Shown here piece after piece: positions 1 to 10,247 of a stretch of DNA of 64,000 nt. The translations under genes were made by a program, and so were the position numbers. The number at the start of each line of letters is the position of its first letter. Within the stretch, counting starts at the first letter, position 1. This DNA comes from a virus, in the IMG/VR virus record IMGVR_UViG_3300032294_003343, positions 105,184 to 169,183 of that record, one strand, 5' to 3'. The notes under the pieces were generated by a model, which was not told the DNA's origin, made no database searches, and saw nothing but the letters and a program-made list of their open reading frames with translations.

Positions 1-30
1 TTATCAGCAATAAAATCTCAGAATTATAAC

Positions 31-705
31 ATGGTTCTTGATGTCTTAAGTTTTGGTAAAGGTTTAGTAAAAACTGCTTTATCAACCACCAATATTGAAC
101 TACCTAGTGGAAATGAACAAGGATACACAATTCAAGAAGTATTAGGAAATATTGACGTAATGTCAGATGGATATATTTTTGGGAAGATTTTTCTAACTTC
201 TGATAGTGTTGATGGTGAGGAATTAGTATTTTCTTTAGCAAGACCAATAAATGATCCAAATGGCAGTCCTTTGATTATAAGTAAGGATATTGATATAGAT
301 ACTGCTGAAGAAATTATTAAAACGTCACAAGAGTTATCATTTACGACAGATAAATCTTATGCAATAGAAATATATAAATTTATAGCAGATATTTCTTATT
401 ATGATCAGACAATCAAAAACTCTAGAGTATTTTTCAAACTTATAGATGAAAGATTACCAAGAGGATACTTTGGGTACACAGAAGAGAATATTTCAAAAAT
501 AGTTATCTCATCAATCATAAGAAATTATGCATTAATTTCAGAACAATATAATACACAGAAAAATTTAACTAAAAGCATCATCACAAATTGGGTAGGAAGT
601 TCAACTTGGAACCCTGACTTTGCATCATATTGGCAAAATTCAGATCAAACGTTACCTAGTAGGCTTTTATCTTACTTGTCATCAGAGTTGAGTATAAATA
701 TATAA
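31..705 (+). CDS. hypothetical protein, probably virion structural (tail/baseplate region)
   Basis: 224-aa ORF at the head of a co-directional, tightly packed run leading to tail-tube-like genes; no diagnostic motif. Confidence 0.5.
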   Translation: MVLDVLSFGKGLVKTALSTTNIELPSGNEQGYTIQEVLGNIDVMSDGYIFGKIFLTSDSVDGEELVFSLARPINDPNGSPLIISKDIDIDTAEEIIKTSQELSFTTDKSYAIEIYKFIADISYYDQTIKNSRVFFKLIDERLPRGYFGYTEENISKIVISSIIRNYALISEQYNTQKNLTKSIITNWVGSSTWNPDFASYWQNSDQTLPSRLLSYLSSELSINI

Positions 706-706
706 A

Positions 707-3157
707 ATGGCAATTTCATCAAAAGTAGAAGAGATAGTTTTAGAACTTACAAAAACGGTGGGTAATATTTACGATGCCTTGAATTATGGTATTGGCAATG
801 TAGATATTCCTGGGTCTTCAATTTTTGAAATCAACAATTTGCTTTCTATGGCAAATACTGGCTTTCCTTACTTTGGTATTTTAGAAACTGCTCCTTTAGG
901 CTGCGATACGACATATGATATTGCTTTTGATCCTTATTATGTTACTGTTAGAAGCGGACAAGTTGCATACAATGGCTCTGTAATAAATTTACAACCACAA
1001 AAAATACCACTTAAAAAAGAATGGTCAAAAAACTACTCAACTGGTGGTTTTGGTGCAAGTTATAAATATGGGGTGACTTTAGGCTTACCAATTTCAGAAG
1101 TACAAAAAGCAACTCAAGTTTGGGCAACTACTGTTAGTGATACTTGTTTAGCTGGAACTTCTGTTCTTTTGGTCAAAGATACTTCAATTGCAATTAATTT
1201 GGGATTCCCTATTCAAGCATTTGTTGGCAATTATCTGATTACATTTTCAAACGTTACCGATGATCTTACTGGATTAATTGTTGACCCTTCATATTATAAT
1301 GGTGCTTCATTTGGAACATTACCAGCAACATATTATCTTGACAACCCAGTGACATTTTTATTCCAACCAAGAGTTAAATACATAACAGGTTTTCCAATTT
1401 TAGAAACTTCTGAAAATGTAAATACTTTTGATTATTTTCCACCATTACCTCAAAGCTGGATACCTATCAGTAAAGTTATGGTGAAAAATCCTGAGAATCC
1501 AGTAGTTGTTGATTCGGGCACAGGCTTAACTAGAACTATTGTAGATATGCCCACTGATATATCAACATATCAAATTTTAGGTGATTCTGCTGATAAAAAC
1601 CTTATAATTCAAAGCTGTACAGAAGCTAACAATGCTTTGACATCATACAAGACAAACGATTATGTAAGAAATACTGTTTCAGCAGTTTATCGTTATATAA
1701 ACACTGTGTCCGCAAATTCTGGAATGTCAAACAGAGAGCTTTTATCAACACAGCCATTTAGAAAAACAGAATTTTATTCTAAAGGCACTTCTTTTAGTGG
1801 TTTAGAAAGATTTGAACTTCCTTATAATTTTGCCAGAGCTTATTTTGAAACTATTGGGTCTGACGTGCAACACACCTTTGCAATTTTCAGAGGCGACTTG
1901 ATTACTTACAACGCAGCAATAGGAAGCAATAATACAGCTGCTGCAACTGGATTGACTAATACTGTAATACCTTGTTCAAACTATGTTTCTTCATTATCAT
2001 CAGGCACTCAAATTTATGGTGTCACTATAGTTTACAATATTTCAACAGATGAATATGTTGAAAGTATACCAGTGTATAGTAATCTAGTTTCGTCTAATTT
2101 TACAAGTAGTAATTATTTGGTGGAATTAAATTGGTCAGGCGCTGGTATTACTAATCCGCTTTTTTATCATATTTATAAAAAACCACAATTAAGTAGTGAT
2201 TTGATAGAAAGAAAAATCACTAATATTAATGAAATTCAGTACCCGTCATATAATACAATGACAACTATTATAGACGACACTGATTTAGTTCTCAACAATG
2301 GTCTGACTGCTTTCAAAATTACTCCAAATGAAGATTGTTTTATTGGCGGAGTAACTTTAAAATTAAAATATATTGCTGGTGGGCAATCGACAGGTTCAGG
2401 AACTTCAGGCATCTCTGTTTCAATTTATTCAGCAACTGGTTCTACTCCAACTCCAAATGGAATGATTACCACAGCATCATTAATAAGAAATTCGGATGTA
2501 ATTCAAGGTACTAACGAATATACAGTTAAGTTTAATACTGGAGCAAATTTAGAGCAAGGTACATCTTATTGGCTTATGATAAATAAGCCTTCAGATTTTA
2601 CTACTGGATTAGGTTCAACTAGTTTATTTACTAGAATTATAGCTGGTGGTTCAGGACAAGGATTAACATCTATCAATGATGGGTCGTCATGGACAGGTAC
2701 AGGTGGAACTGCATATCACAAATTCAGAGGCTACCTTGATGATGGTAATATTTCTGGAGAGATATTGAGAAGGGGTGTTAAGCTAACCAACAGAATTGCT
2801 TTACAGCCAAGTGCAATTTCAGTTTATGTTCCTAATGTAGAAGATTTAACTTCTTCTAATGTTGTGTTCAATGGCTCTACTACTGGTATAGCAACAACAG
2901 ATGACCAGACAATTAAGAATGATCTGATTGTTACTGTTATAGCTCAAAATGGCGATAATGGTGAACCAATCACATTAACTACTACAGTTCCAAAAGGTAC
3001 ACTTAGAAACCAAAGATTTCCTCTTGGAAATGATTTACAAGTTTTTGATAGAGTCATTGATGCTTATGTTTCTCCAGGAGCTAACTTGACTAGAATAAAT
3101 AATGGTCCAATTTTATGGGATATTTATGATCTTATAACTATTGAAACTACACCATAG
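707..3157 (+). CDS. putative virion structural protein (baseplate/tail associated)
   Basis: 816 aa, Thr/Ser/Gly/Asn-rich, beta-strand-like composition; C-terminal module with GGVTLKL...YWLMINKP; upstream of tube-like genes. Confidence 0.5.
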   Translation: MAISSKVEEIVLELTKTVGNIYDALNYGIGNVDIPGSSIFEINNLLSMANTGFPYFGILETAPLGCDTTYDIAFDPYYVTVRSGQVAYNGSVINLQPQKIPLKKEWSKNYSTGGFGASYKYGVTLGLPISEVQKATQVWATTVSDTCLAGTSVLLVKDTSIAINLGFPIQAFVGNYLITFSNVTDDLTGLIVDPSYYNGASFGTLPATYYLDNPVTFLFQPRVKYITGFPILETSENVNTFDYFPPLPQSWIPISKVMVKNPENPVVVDSGTGLTRTIVDMPTDISTYQILGDSADKNLIIQSCTEANNALTSYKTNDYVRNTVSAVYRYINTVSANSGMSNRELLSTQPFRKTEFYSKGTSFSGLERFELPYNFARAYFETIGSDVQHTFAIFRGDLITYNAAIGSNNTAAATGLTNTVIPCSNYVSSLSSGTQIYGVTIVYNISTDEYVESIPVYSNLVSSNFTSSNYLVELNWSGAGITNPLFYHIYKKPQLSSDLIERKITNINEIQYPSYNTMTTIIDDTDLVLNNGLTAFKITPNEDCFIGGVTLKLKYIAGGQSTGSGTSGISVSIYSATGSTPTPNGMITTASLIRNSDVIQGTNEYTVKFNTGANLEQGTSYWLMINKPSDFTTGLGSTSLFTRIIAGGSGQGLTSINDGSSWTGTGGTAYHKFRGYLDDGNISGEILRRGVKLTNRIALQPSAISVYVPNVEDLTSSNVVFNGSTTGIATTDDQTIKNDLIVTVIAQNGDNGEPITLTTTVPKGTLRNQRFPLGNDLQVFDRVIDAYVSPGANLTRINNGPILWDIYDLITIETTP

Positions 3158-3167
3158 GTTTAGAGCT

Positions 3168-4640
3168 ATGAGAAAAGACATTCTTGCTAGTTCGCTACAA
3201 ACAGATATTCATGCTTTTGGTGTTGATCAAACAATCATAGTACCTAGTATTGGAAGTTCAGAATCAGTCCCAAATCAGTACCTATATAAAGAAGCATACA
3301 ATAATTTTAGTTCTCACTTATATGCCCCAGCTTTTGAAACAGGTTATTACGATATCTTTGCCTTATCAAGAGAATTTGGAGAAGATCCTGATTTTAATTT
3401 GTCTTTTAATAATATAAATACAAATTATCTTTTCTCTATCGATAATTTTAACATGCAAGGTGCTCAAGAATCTGACGCTGGAGAAAGATACGCAGGTGAA
3501 GGAGCAAACCCAAACACTTTCCAACTAGGACCTAAAGAGTATAATGTTAGTTTTACATATCCTTTTAAAGTTGATAGTTGGGGGTATTTAGATTTTTCAT
3601 TAGCAGCATTTTTCGATTATTGCATACAAGCTTTTCAAGGTAGTCCAACTTCAATTATTGGAAGATTTACCTCAGATAATTCATCTACAATCGCAGCTGG
3701 AACTACTCAATTATATGTAGACAATATTGCAGAATTTATGGGTTTGACAGTTCCTTTTAATGCAAAAATAAAGTCTGATAATAATGCAAACTATGATTTA
3801 GTTGAAGTTACAGGGGTAAATAAAGCAAGTAGAATGCTCACTGTTGTAGCAGGAATCAATGCTGCTATAAGTAGAGATTCATCTTATATTTCAGTAAATC
3901 CTCAATCTTTAGGAAAAGAAGCATCATTCTCTTTGTTTACTTTGAAACAAGGATTATTAAGTGGTTGTTTGGTTGAAAAATTTGCAATAAATTTCAAGCC
4001 TGGCGAACAAATTATAGCATATATAGATTTGAAAGTGCTGAATGTAGACAGAACATATCAAGTTCAAATGTTTAATAATTTCACCTCAATAATTCAAAAC
4101 TATTTTAAGAAAAAACCAAGTTATATACTCAATGGTTATAACGTTAGGGTTTATAAAAGTGCTCCAGAATATGGATTATTTGGCTTAGGTACTATGATTG
4201 ATTCAAAATTATTCAGAGGCTTTCAACAATCACAATTAGATAGTATTTATGTCACAGAAATTGATATAAGTATTGAAAATAATTTGAAACCAATATTTAC
4301 ATTGAATTCCAAAGGGAGCGATCCAAAGCAAAATTTCTTTAAGAATTCTCTTCCTTATGGCTATTATTCGGAGGGACGTAAAATATCAGGTTCAATCACT
4401 TACACTGGCCCAATAAAACCTTGGGCAATGGTTGAATTTTTATCTGGACCAAGCAGCATTAATAATGATGGTATAACTTTTGATATGGGCCCAATTAAGT
4501 TAGAATTGCCTGAAGTTGTATGGTCAACAGTTTCTCAAGAACATTCTAGAATGGATTATCAAAAGAATAAAGTTAATTTTTCAGTGGCAACTCAAAACTA
4601 TACATTTGACCCAGTATTAAAATCAACAGGAAGTTATTAA
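3168..4640 (+). CDS. tail tube-like protein
   Basis: C-terminal half has the phage tail-tube pattern GCLVEKFAINFKPG...IDISIENNL...EGRKISGSITY; ATG at 3168 preferred over TTG at 3141. Confidence 0.6.
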   Translation: MRKDILASSLQTDIHAFGVDQTIIVPSIGSSESVPNQYLYKEAYNNFSSHLYAPAFETGYYDIFALSREFGEDPDFNLSFNNINTNYLFSIDNFNMQGAQESDAGERYAGEGANPNTFQLGPKEYNVSFTYPFKVDSWGYLDFSLAAFFDYCIQAFQGSPTSIIGRFTSDNSSTIAAGTTQLYVDNIAEFMGLTVPFNAKIKSDNNANYDLVEVTGVNKASRMLTVVAGINAAISRDSSYISVNPQSLGKEASFSLFTLKQGLLSGCLVEKFAINFKPGEQIIAYIDLKVLNVDRTYQVQMFNNFTSIIQNYFKKKPSYILNGYNVRVYKSAPEYGLFGLGTMIDSKLFRGFQQSQLDSIYVTEIDISIENNLKPIFTLNSKGSDPKQNFFKNSLPYGYYSEGRKISGSITYTGPIKPWAMVEFLSGPSSINNDGITFDMGPIKLELPEVVWSTVSQEHSRMDYQKNKVNFSVATQNYTFDPVLKSTGSY

Positions 4641-5026
4641 TGAGTATTTTTGTAGATGCTGGAAAAAGATTTGAATTGAAATTAAACTGCAATATCATAA
4701 AAAATGATAACGGGGATGTTCTTTGCTACAAAATTGATCCAAACGGTGAATGCGAAATATCTTGTGATGTCAAAGGTAGAAACTTTGCTGATATGTCAAA
4801 TATTATAGAAGACGCAACCATCATCAATTCAGTAACAGGCAACCCGCTTCTTAGAACATCTGTGCTTTGCAAAAATATTATAACAAATTTCTTTTCTGTT
4901 ATTAAGATCATAGATGGGGAAAATGTTGAAACTTATTATCCAGATCCACATAATGTAAGTATGATCAGATACGAATTGGTTAAAGCTTTATCAAAAAAAT
5001 GGTTGGAAATGACAGGCGGAAAGTAA
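4640..5026 (+). CDS. putative tail assembly chaperone
   Basis: 128 aa, overlaps the tube gene stop (TAATG); size and position typical of a chaperone. Confidence 0.4.
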   Translation: MSIFVDAGKRFELKLNCNIIKNDNGDVLCYKIDPNGECEISCDVKGRNFADMSNIIEDATIINSVTGNPLLRTSVLCKNIITNFFSVIKIIDGENVETYYPDPHNVSMIRYELVKALSKKWLEMTGGK

Positions 5027-6265
5027 ATGCCAGATATTATAAACAATGTTATAAATGGGTTATATCCAGCATCAGGACATAATATTTATGTTAGTGAATT
5101 AGCCCCATTTAATAACCCAAGTTTATATGAACAACAGCTTAAATCATTTGGTGGATTTAGAATTGCTAAAAATGACACATGGTCAAGATCTCATTTATGG
5201 GATTTATATCTACTTAGCGCTAATATGACCAACAGAGTCACCCACTCTTCTAGAAACTTTTTCTATAAAAGATTTTCAAATGAATACAAACCATTATATT
5301 GCTCTACATTTAATGACAATGCTGGACAAGATGTTTACCAACCCATACAGAATTTTTCTGGATTATCTGTCTTAAATCGTCCAACATTTAGTAATTACAA
5401 ATACTCTGGAAGTTTTACTTTCAACCCAATTTTATCTACAAACATAAATCAACAATATGCTGCTGAAAGTATAATTTATAGAGCATCATATTTTCCACTT
5501 TATCCTTTGATTTTTTGTTCAAGTATTCCTACTCATAAATCTTTTGGACCAGCCTTTTTGAGTAGTTTTCAAATTTCAGTTGATGGTATGGATCAACTTG
5601 GAGATGTTGAAATTTCTTGCGCACTTGTAGGTGGAAGATCCGTAATTTCACCTGATGGTGTAACAGTTTATAGACCTTTTTTGAACAATAATTTGATTTC
5701 AATGAAAAACTTAGGCGACACAGATTTTGAAAACGAAATCAACAATTTTCAAGACAAATATAGAGTCATAAATTTATCTGACTGCGCATTTCATCCAGGA
5801 TTATTCACAGGCAAAGATGCATTTAAAAATTTTGGACTTGCTGTTCAAAGCGCATATAGTGCAAATACCATGCCCATCCACAAAATAGTAAGCATGTCAT
5901 TGTCAATCCAACAATCTATTGACTTTACATATACCTACCCTGGATATTCTATTGGAACCAATTTGACTGAATTTTTTGATGTTGCGGGACCAAGATTTGC
6001 TTCCTTAAGCAATAGAAAAGTAACGGGAACGATTAAGTTATTCAGTCCACAAAATTATCCATTTATAACTACTAATGCTTCTTCTCTAACATTGTATTTT
6101 GGTAGTGTGTTTTTCTATACAATGAAAAATGTTGATTGGCAGCAACCAATAATCACCATCAATCCTGGAAGTGGATTCTTTATTGAGTATAATTTTTCCG
6201 CAAGGTTGAATGAATTTACAGCTTTTAATGGATTGCTTAATTCAAGAGTATCAGAATTTTTATGA
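5027..6265 (+). CDS. second tail tube-like protein (divergent paralog)
   Basis: FLSSFQISVDG...SMSLSIQQSI...RFASLSNRKVTGTIKL mirrors the tube pattern of 3168..4640. Confidence 0.45.
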   Translation: MPDIINNVINGLYPASGHNIYVSELAPFNNPSLYEQQLKSFGGFRIAKNDTWSRSHLWDLYLLSANMTNRVTHSSRNFFYKRFSNEYKPLYCSTFNDNAGQDVYQPIQNFSGLSVLNRPTFSNYKYSGSFTFNPILSTNINQQYAAESIIYRASYFPLYPLIFCSSIPTHKSFGPAFLSSFQISVDGMDQLGDVEISCALVGGRSVISPDGVTVYRPFLNNNLISMKNLGDTDFENEINNFQDKYRVINLSDCAFHPGLFTGKDAFKNFGLAVQSAYSANTMPIHKIVSMSLSIQQSIDFTYTYPGYSIGTNLTEFFDVAGPRFASLSNRKVTGTIKLFSPQNYPFITTNASSLTLYFGSVFFYTMKNVDWQQPIITINPGSGFFIEYNFSARLNEFTAFNGLLNSRVSEFL

Positions 6266-6852
6266 TGAAAGAATTTATAGAATTTTACGAAAAAGTTAAA
6301 TCAAACAAAACACATATTATTACAATCGATTCTGTAAAGTTTATTGTTCGTGAAATTACTTGGAAAGAAGGCTTACTGATTGATGCAAAATCGTTCAGAA
6401 AGAAAGACAATATTGTTTATCAAAATTCAGAATTTGAAAAAAGAGAAATTTTGAAGATTGCTATTCTGAGAGTATTTGACACCAATACTAATACTGATTA
6501 CATACCTGATTTTGAAACATCATTATTAGAAAAACTTGATTACACAATCATAGAAAAACTTTGGGTCGAATATCAAAATTATCTTTATCTTAACGCCGAT
6601 GAAGCTAATTTTTACTACATTGCAACAAAAAAATATTATAATCCAAATGATACAGAAACATACCCCGTGCCACCCTTAATCGTTGAAATTGATTATATGA
6701 CACGAGGTTTAGTTTCTATGAGTAAAGATGAATTTGCCAATCTTAGTATGAAAGAATTTGAAACAATTCAGTTAATTTTAGCTACTAAGAATGAAGCAAA
6801 GCCAGAAAGTGCAGCAGATCTTGATATTGATTTAGAAAAAGAAATGCGCTAA
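6262..6852 (+). CDS. putative tail assembly chaperone
   Basis: KFIVREITWKE...LLEKLDYTIIEKLW chaperone-like pattern; ATGA overlap with the tube-like gene. Confidence 0.45.
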   Translation: MMKEFIEFYEKVKSNKTHIITIDSVKFIVREITWKEGLLIDAKSFRKKDNIVYQNSEFEKREILKIAILRVFDTNTNTDYIPDFETSLLEKLDYTIIEKLWVEYQNYLYLNADEANFYYIATKKYYNPNDTETYPVPPLIVEIDYMTRGLVSMSKDEFANLSMKEFETIQLILATKNEAKPESAADLDIDLEKEMR

Positions 6853-7658
6853 AGAGTAAATGAAAGTGTGTTTTTGTATTTATTTCTAACCATTTCAGCA
6901 ATTGCAGTTCTGTCCCATTGATGGAATAAAAAATACTTCTCTCCACTTTCATTACAAACATCTGTTCCATCAAAAAATACATCAACATTATCTCTTTTTA
7001 TTGCTTCACCTGTAGCACAAAAAGTATCAGTATATGGATGGCATAGCATAATATTAGGATTTTGTTTAAATTGTCTGTATAGATATCCCAACATAGCCTG
7101 ATCTGGAATTACATAGCTATATCTTCTATTTATTGCTGTGAGAATAAGTGTGCAATAATTTAGAAATGCACTAGTTTTTCCGCCATATGTTCCACCATTG
7201 ATTACATAAGAATCATCATATCTTTCTTTGTTAAAAACTAATGTATTCAAAGTCCATTCATGCCATGCAGCATTACAATCATTTTCTTTTATTTGCATGC
7301 CTTCACAAACTAAAAATAACTCTTTTTCTGGATGGCTTGCCATAAACTCAAATGGATCTTTTTGAATAATTACATCTCGCATGTCCCATTGCATGCAGTA
7401 ATCAAAATCTTTACCATGTTCACAAATCCAATTGTAATATGCAACATATGTCAAGTTGAAAGGATTCATGTTTTCTTCAACTTCTACTATATAATCGTAG
7501 TATTTTCTAAGTTTCTCTATGTTGCTTTGTGAAACATCATGTACACAAATTAGTTTCTTGAAGTTTTTTTGTTTTGCTAAAGATTGAAGATAAATATCAG
7601 CATCAATAGAGTCTAATATTCGATCACCTTGCAAAAAATTAAGCATTAAGTTATTCAT
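6849..7658 (-). CDS. GT-A-like glycosyltransferase
   Basis: WDMRDVIIQKDPF (DxxD), INGGTYGG, DQAML and HQWDR motifs. Confidence 0.6.
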   Translation of the reverse strand: MNNLMLNFLQGDRILDSIDADIYLQSLAKQKNFKKLICVHDVSQSNIEKLRKYYDYIVEVEENMNPFNLTYVAYYNWICEHGKDFDYCMQWDMRDVIIQKDPFEFMASHPEKELFLVCEGMQIKENDCNAAWHEWTLNTLVFNKERYDDSYVINGGTYGGKTSAFLNYCTLILTAINRRYSYVIPDQAMLGYLYRQFKQNPNIMLCHPYTDTFCATGEAIKRDNVDVFFDGTDVCNESGEKYFLFHQWDRTAIAEMVRNKYKNTLSFTL

Positions 7659-7695
7659 AAAAACATTATACTCTTTAGAATCAAAAATTATTTTT

Positions 7696-8529
7696 CTATT
7701 TATTAAAATTACCAGATATCAATAATTCTTCATAAGTTTTCTTAATTCCAGAATGCAATCCAATCAAATTGATATCAAAAAGATGCAGATTATATTCACC
7801 ATAATAACTTAATCCTAAATTTTCTTTTTCAATAATTGTTTCAACATTATAATCAGATAAGTTATTGATAATTGTTGCAATATCAGATAGTTTGTATTTT
7901 TGCTGATATGAACAATTTATAGTTTGTTGTTTTACACTAGCATCGATTGTGAACTTTACAACTTGACATAAATCATCCATATAGAAAAAGTCCATAAATT
8001 TATCTTGATGAATTTGTATAGGTTTTCTATTTATGTAATTTATTATGTTAGCTTTGATCATTCTAGAAGTAAGTTCATCACTATTGAAAACATTAAATAG
8101 TCTTATATTATAAAAACCTTTCAATAAAAGTCCAGATTTAGCAATTAAGTTCTTGCTCATTCCATATGGATCGATTGGATGTGCGCACTTCAAATCAGTT
8201 GAAAAGTCTATGTTATATCTTCGGTCTAATTCTGCACCTGATCCAAATGAAATATATTTATCAAAAGACAAAGAATTATCTAAAATATTTTGATGCATAA
8301 TACAGTTTTCGTAAAAAACAGTATTTTCATCATCTTTAAGTCTACTTCCACCAGTTGTTGCAGTATGAATGACAACATCAAAATACTTGTCTTTAAAAAA
8401 ATGTTTTACTTCTTCTGAATTTAATAAATTAAGATTTGATCTATTAGTCAGAGTCAAATTATAATCTTTAAGATTTTTTGCTAAATTTCTAGCTACAAAT
8501 CCATTTGAACCTGTGATCAGGATATTCAT
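7696..8529 (-). CDS. NAD-dependent epimerase/dehydratase/reductase (SDR; candidate YerF-like)
   Basis: ITGSNGFVA Rossmann motif; YGMSK catalytic YxxxK. Confidence 0.85.
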   Translation of the reverse strand: MNILITGSNGFVARNLAKNLKDYNLTLTNRSNLNLLNSEEVKHFFKDKYFDVVIHTATTGGSRLKDDENTVFYENCIMHQNILDNSLSFDKYISFGSGAELDRRYNIDFSTDLKCAHPIDPYGMSKNLIAKSGLLLKGFYNIRLFNVFNSDELTSRMIKANIINYINRKPIQIHQDKFMDFFYMDDLCQVVKFTIDASVKQQTINCSYQQKYKLSDIATIINNLSDYNVETIIEKENLGLSYYGEYNLHLFDINLIGLHSGIKKTYEELLISGNFNK

Positions 8530-10247
8530 TTAATGTCTTCTAAACTTCCAGGAATAATTTTGCCATTTTCATCAATACCTTTTGCAGATACTTTTGGCTC
8601 ATGAAGTTCCCAAGGATCTGTCATCACTTCAATAATTTCAGGACCTGAATGTGAAAAAGTACTTTGTATTAAGTCAAGTTGATTATTGTTCAATATTTGA
8701 CTGTACTTAATCCCAAAAGCATCAGATATTTTTTTGAAATTTGGAAGAGTAACTCCTGATGAAGGTTCAGAACCAACTAAATTTCCTTTGAAAAATGAAT
8801 TTTGTGTAAGTTTGATTGATAAGTACCCATCATTATTCAGAATAAATATTTTGATTGGTAAATTATGATGAACGACAGTTTGCAATTCTTGCAAGTTCAT
8901 CATAATACTCCCGTCGCCTTCTATGCAAATGATAGTTTTATTACATCCATAATAGGCTCCTATTGCTGCAGGAAGACCATAGCCCATTGGAGCAGTACCT
9001 TCATTAGAAAAAAGCTGTTGATTTGATCGCAGCCTTACAGTCTTGTGAAGAACAACATGAGCTGTTCCATCACTAGTAACTATAATGCTATCATCATCAA
9101 GAAATTCTTCTAACTTTTCAGAAAACACATAGGTACTTACATAGTTTTCTAACTTTCTATGTTTATCTAATACAAGTTGTTCTTCAGATCTTTTGAGCTT
9201 AATATAGTCCAGCCATTCTCTTATATCAAAGTTTGCTTCATATGTTTCAAAAAACTCAAAAAAATTCTTTAAATCTAAATTGATTCCAATGAAAGAATCA
9301 TTTTGATCAAATTTTTTTATTTCAAAATTATCTACATCTATTACTATTTTTTTAGCATTTGGAGCAAACTTGTTAAGATCGTATCCAATTACTTTAGGAT
9401 TTAATCTAGACCCTAAAGATATAATAAAATCAGCTTGTTGAATTATCTGGTTTGATGTTTTTTGCCCTAAGATTCCAATTTTACCAGTGTAAAATTCATA
9501 ATCATAATTGATAATGTCTACTGCTGAATGAGGTCCTGATACAACTGGCAACTGATACTTTTGAATAAAATTCTTAAGCTCATTGATGGTGCCAGAAGAT
9601 TTAATTCCATTGCCTATAACAACAACTGGCTTTGATTTTTGAAAATTATCAAAACAACTTTTCAATAATTCTATTTGTTTTGAATTGTCACTTTCATCAA
9701 ATATTTGAGCAGATTTAAGAGATTCAACATCAATTTCCGAGGCTTGAATATCAAGAGGTACATCCAACCATACGGGTCCTGGTCTCTTATTAACGCATTC
9801 ATTCCATGCAGTTTCCAAATGATATTTAATTTCATTTTTATCATAAACTGTTTCTGCATACTTAGTCATAGTTTTTACTGTATTGACAATATCAAATTCT
9901 TGTTGTCCAATTTGTCTACATCCAGTATTGATTGACATTTGCTCAGTAGGAACTTGACCAGATATAACTATCATTGGGATAGAATCTTGGTAAGCACACA
10001 AAACTCCAGTAATTGCATTTGTTCCTCCTGGACCAGTAGTAACCAAAACACAACCAGGTTTACCAGAAGTTCTGAAATATGCTTCTGCTGCCATTGCACA
10101 GGCTTGTTCATGGTGATTGCAAACGTATCTTAAGCCTGATTTACCAAGTGAATCAATTAAATGCATACAGCCTCCACCGGATACGGTGAAGACTGTGTCT
10201 ATGCCTTTTTCTTTTATAAATTCAAAAATATAGTCTGATAATTTCAT
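8526..10247 (-). CDS. TPP-dependent acetolactate-synthase-family enzyme (YerE-like)
   Basis: HHEQACAMAAEAY, TTGPGGTNA, MGYGLPAAIGA, EGDGS...ILNNDGY TPP motif; sugar-pathway context. Confidence 0.85.
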   Translation of the reverse strand: MKLSDYIFEFIKEKGIDTVFTVSGGGCMHLIDSLGKSGLRYVCNHHEQACAMAAEAYFRTSGKPGCVLVTTGPGGTNAITGVLCAYQDSIPMIVISGQVPTEQMSINTGCRQIGQQEFDIVNTVKTMTKYAETVYDKNEIKYHLETAWNECVNKRPGPVWLDVPLDIQASEIDVESLKSAQIFDESDNSKQIELLKSCFDNFQKSKPVVVIGNGIKSSGTINELKNFIQKYQLPVVSGPHSAVDIINYDYEFYTGKIGILGQKTSNQIIQQADFIISLGSRLNPKVIGYDLNKFAPNAKKIVIDVDNFEIKKFDQNDSFIGINLDLKNFFEFFETYEANFDIREWLDYIKLKRSEEQLVLDKHRKLENYVSTYVFSEKLEEFLDDDSIIVTSDGTAHVVLHKTVRLRSNQQLFSNEGTAPMGYGLPAAIGAYYGCNKTIICIEGDGSIMMNLQELQTVVHHNLPIKIFILNNDGYLSIKLTQNSFFKGNLVGSEPSSGVTLPNFKKISDAFGIKYSQILNNNQLDLIQSTFSHSGPEIIEVMTDPWELHEPKVSAKGIDENGKIIPGSLEDIK

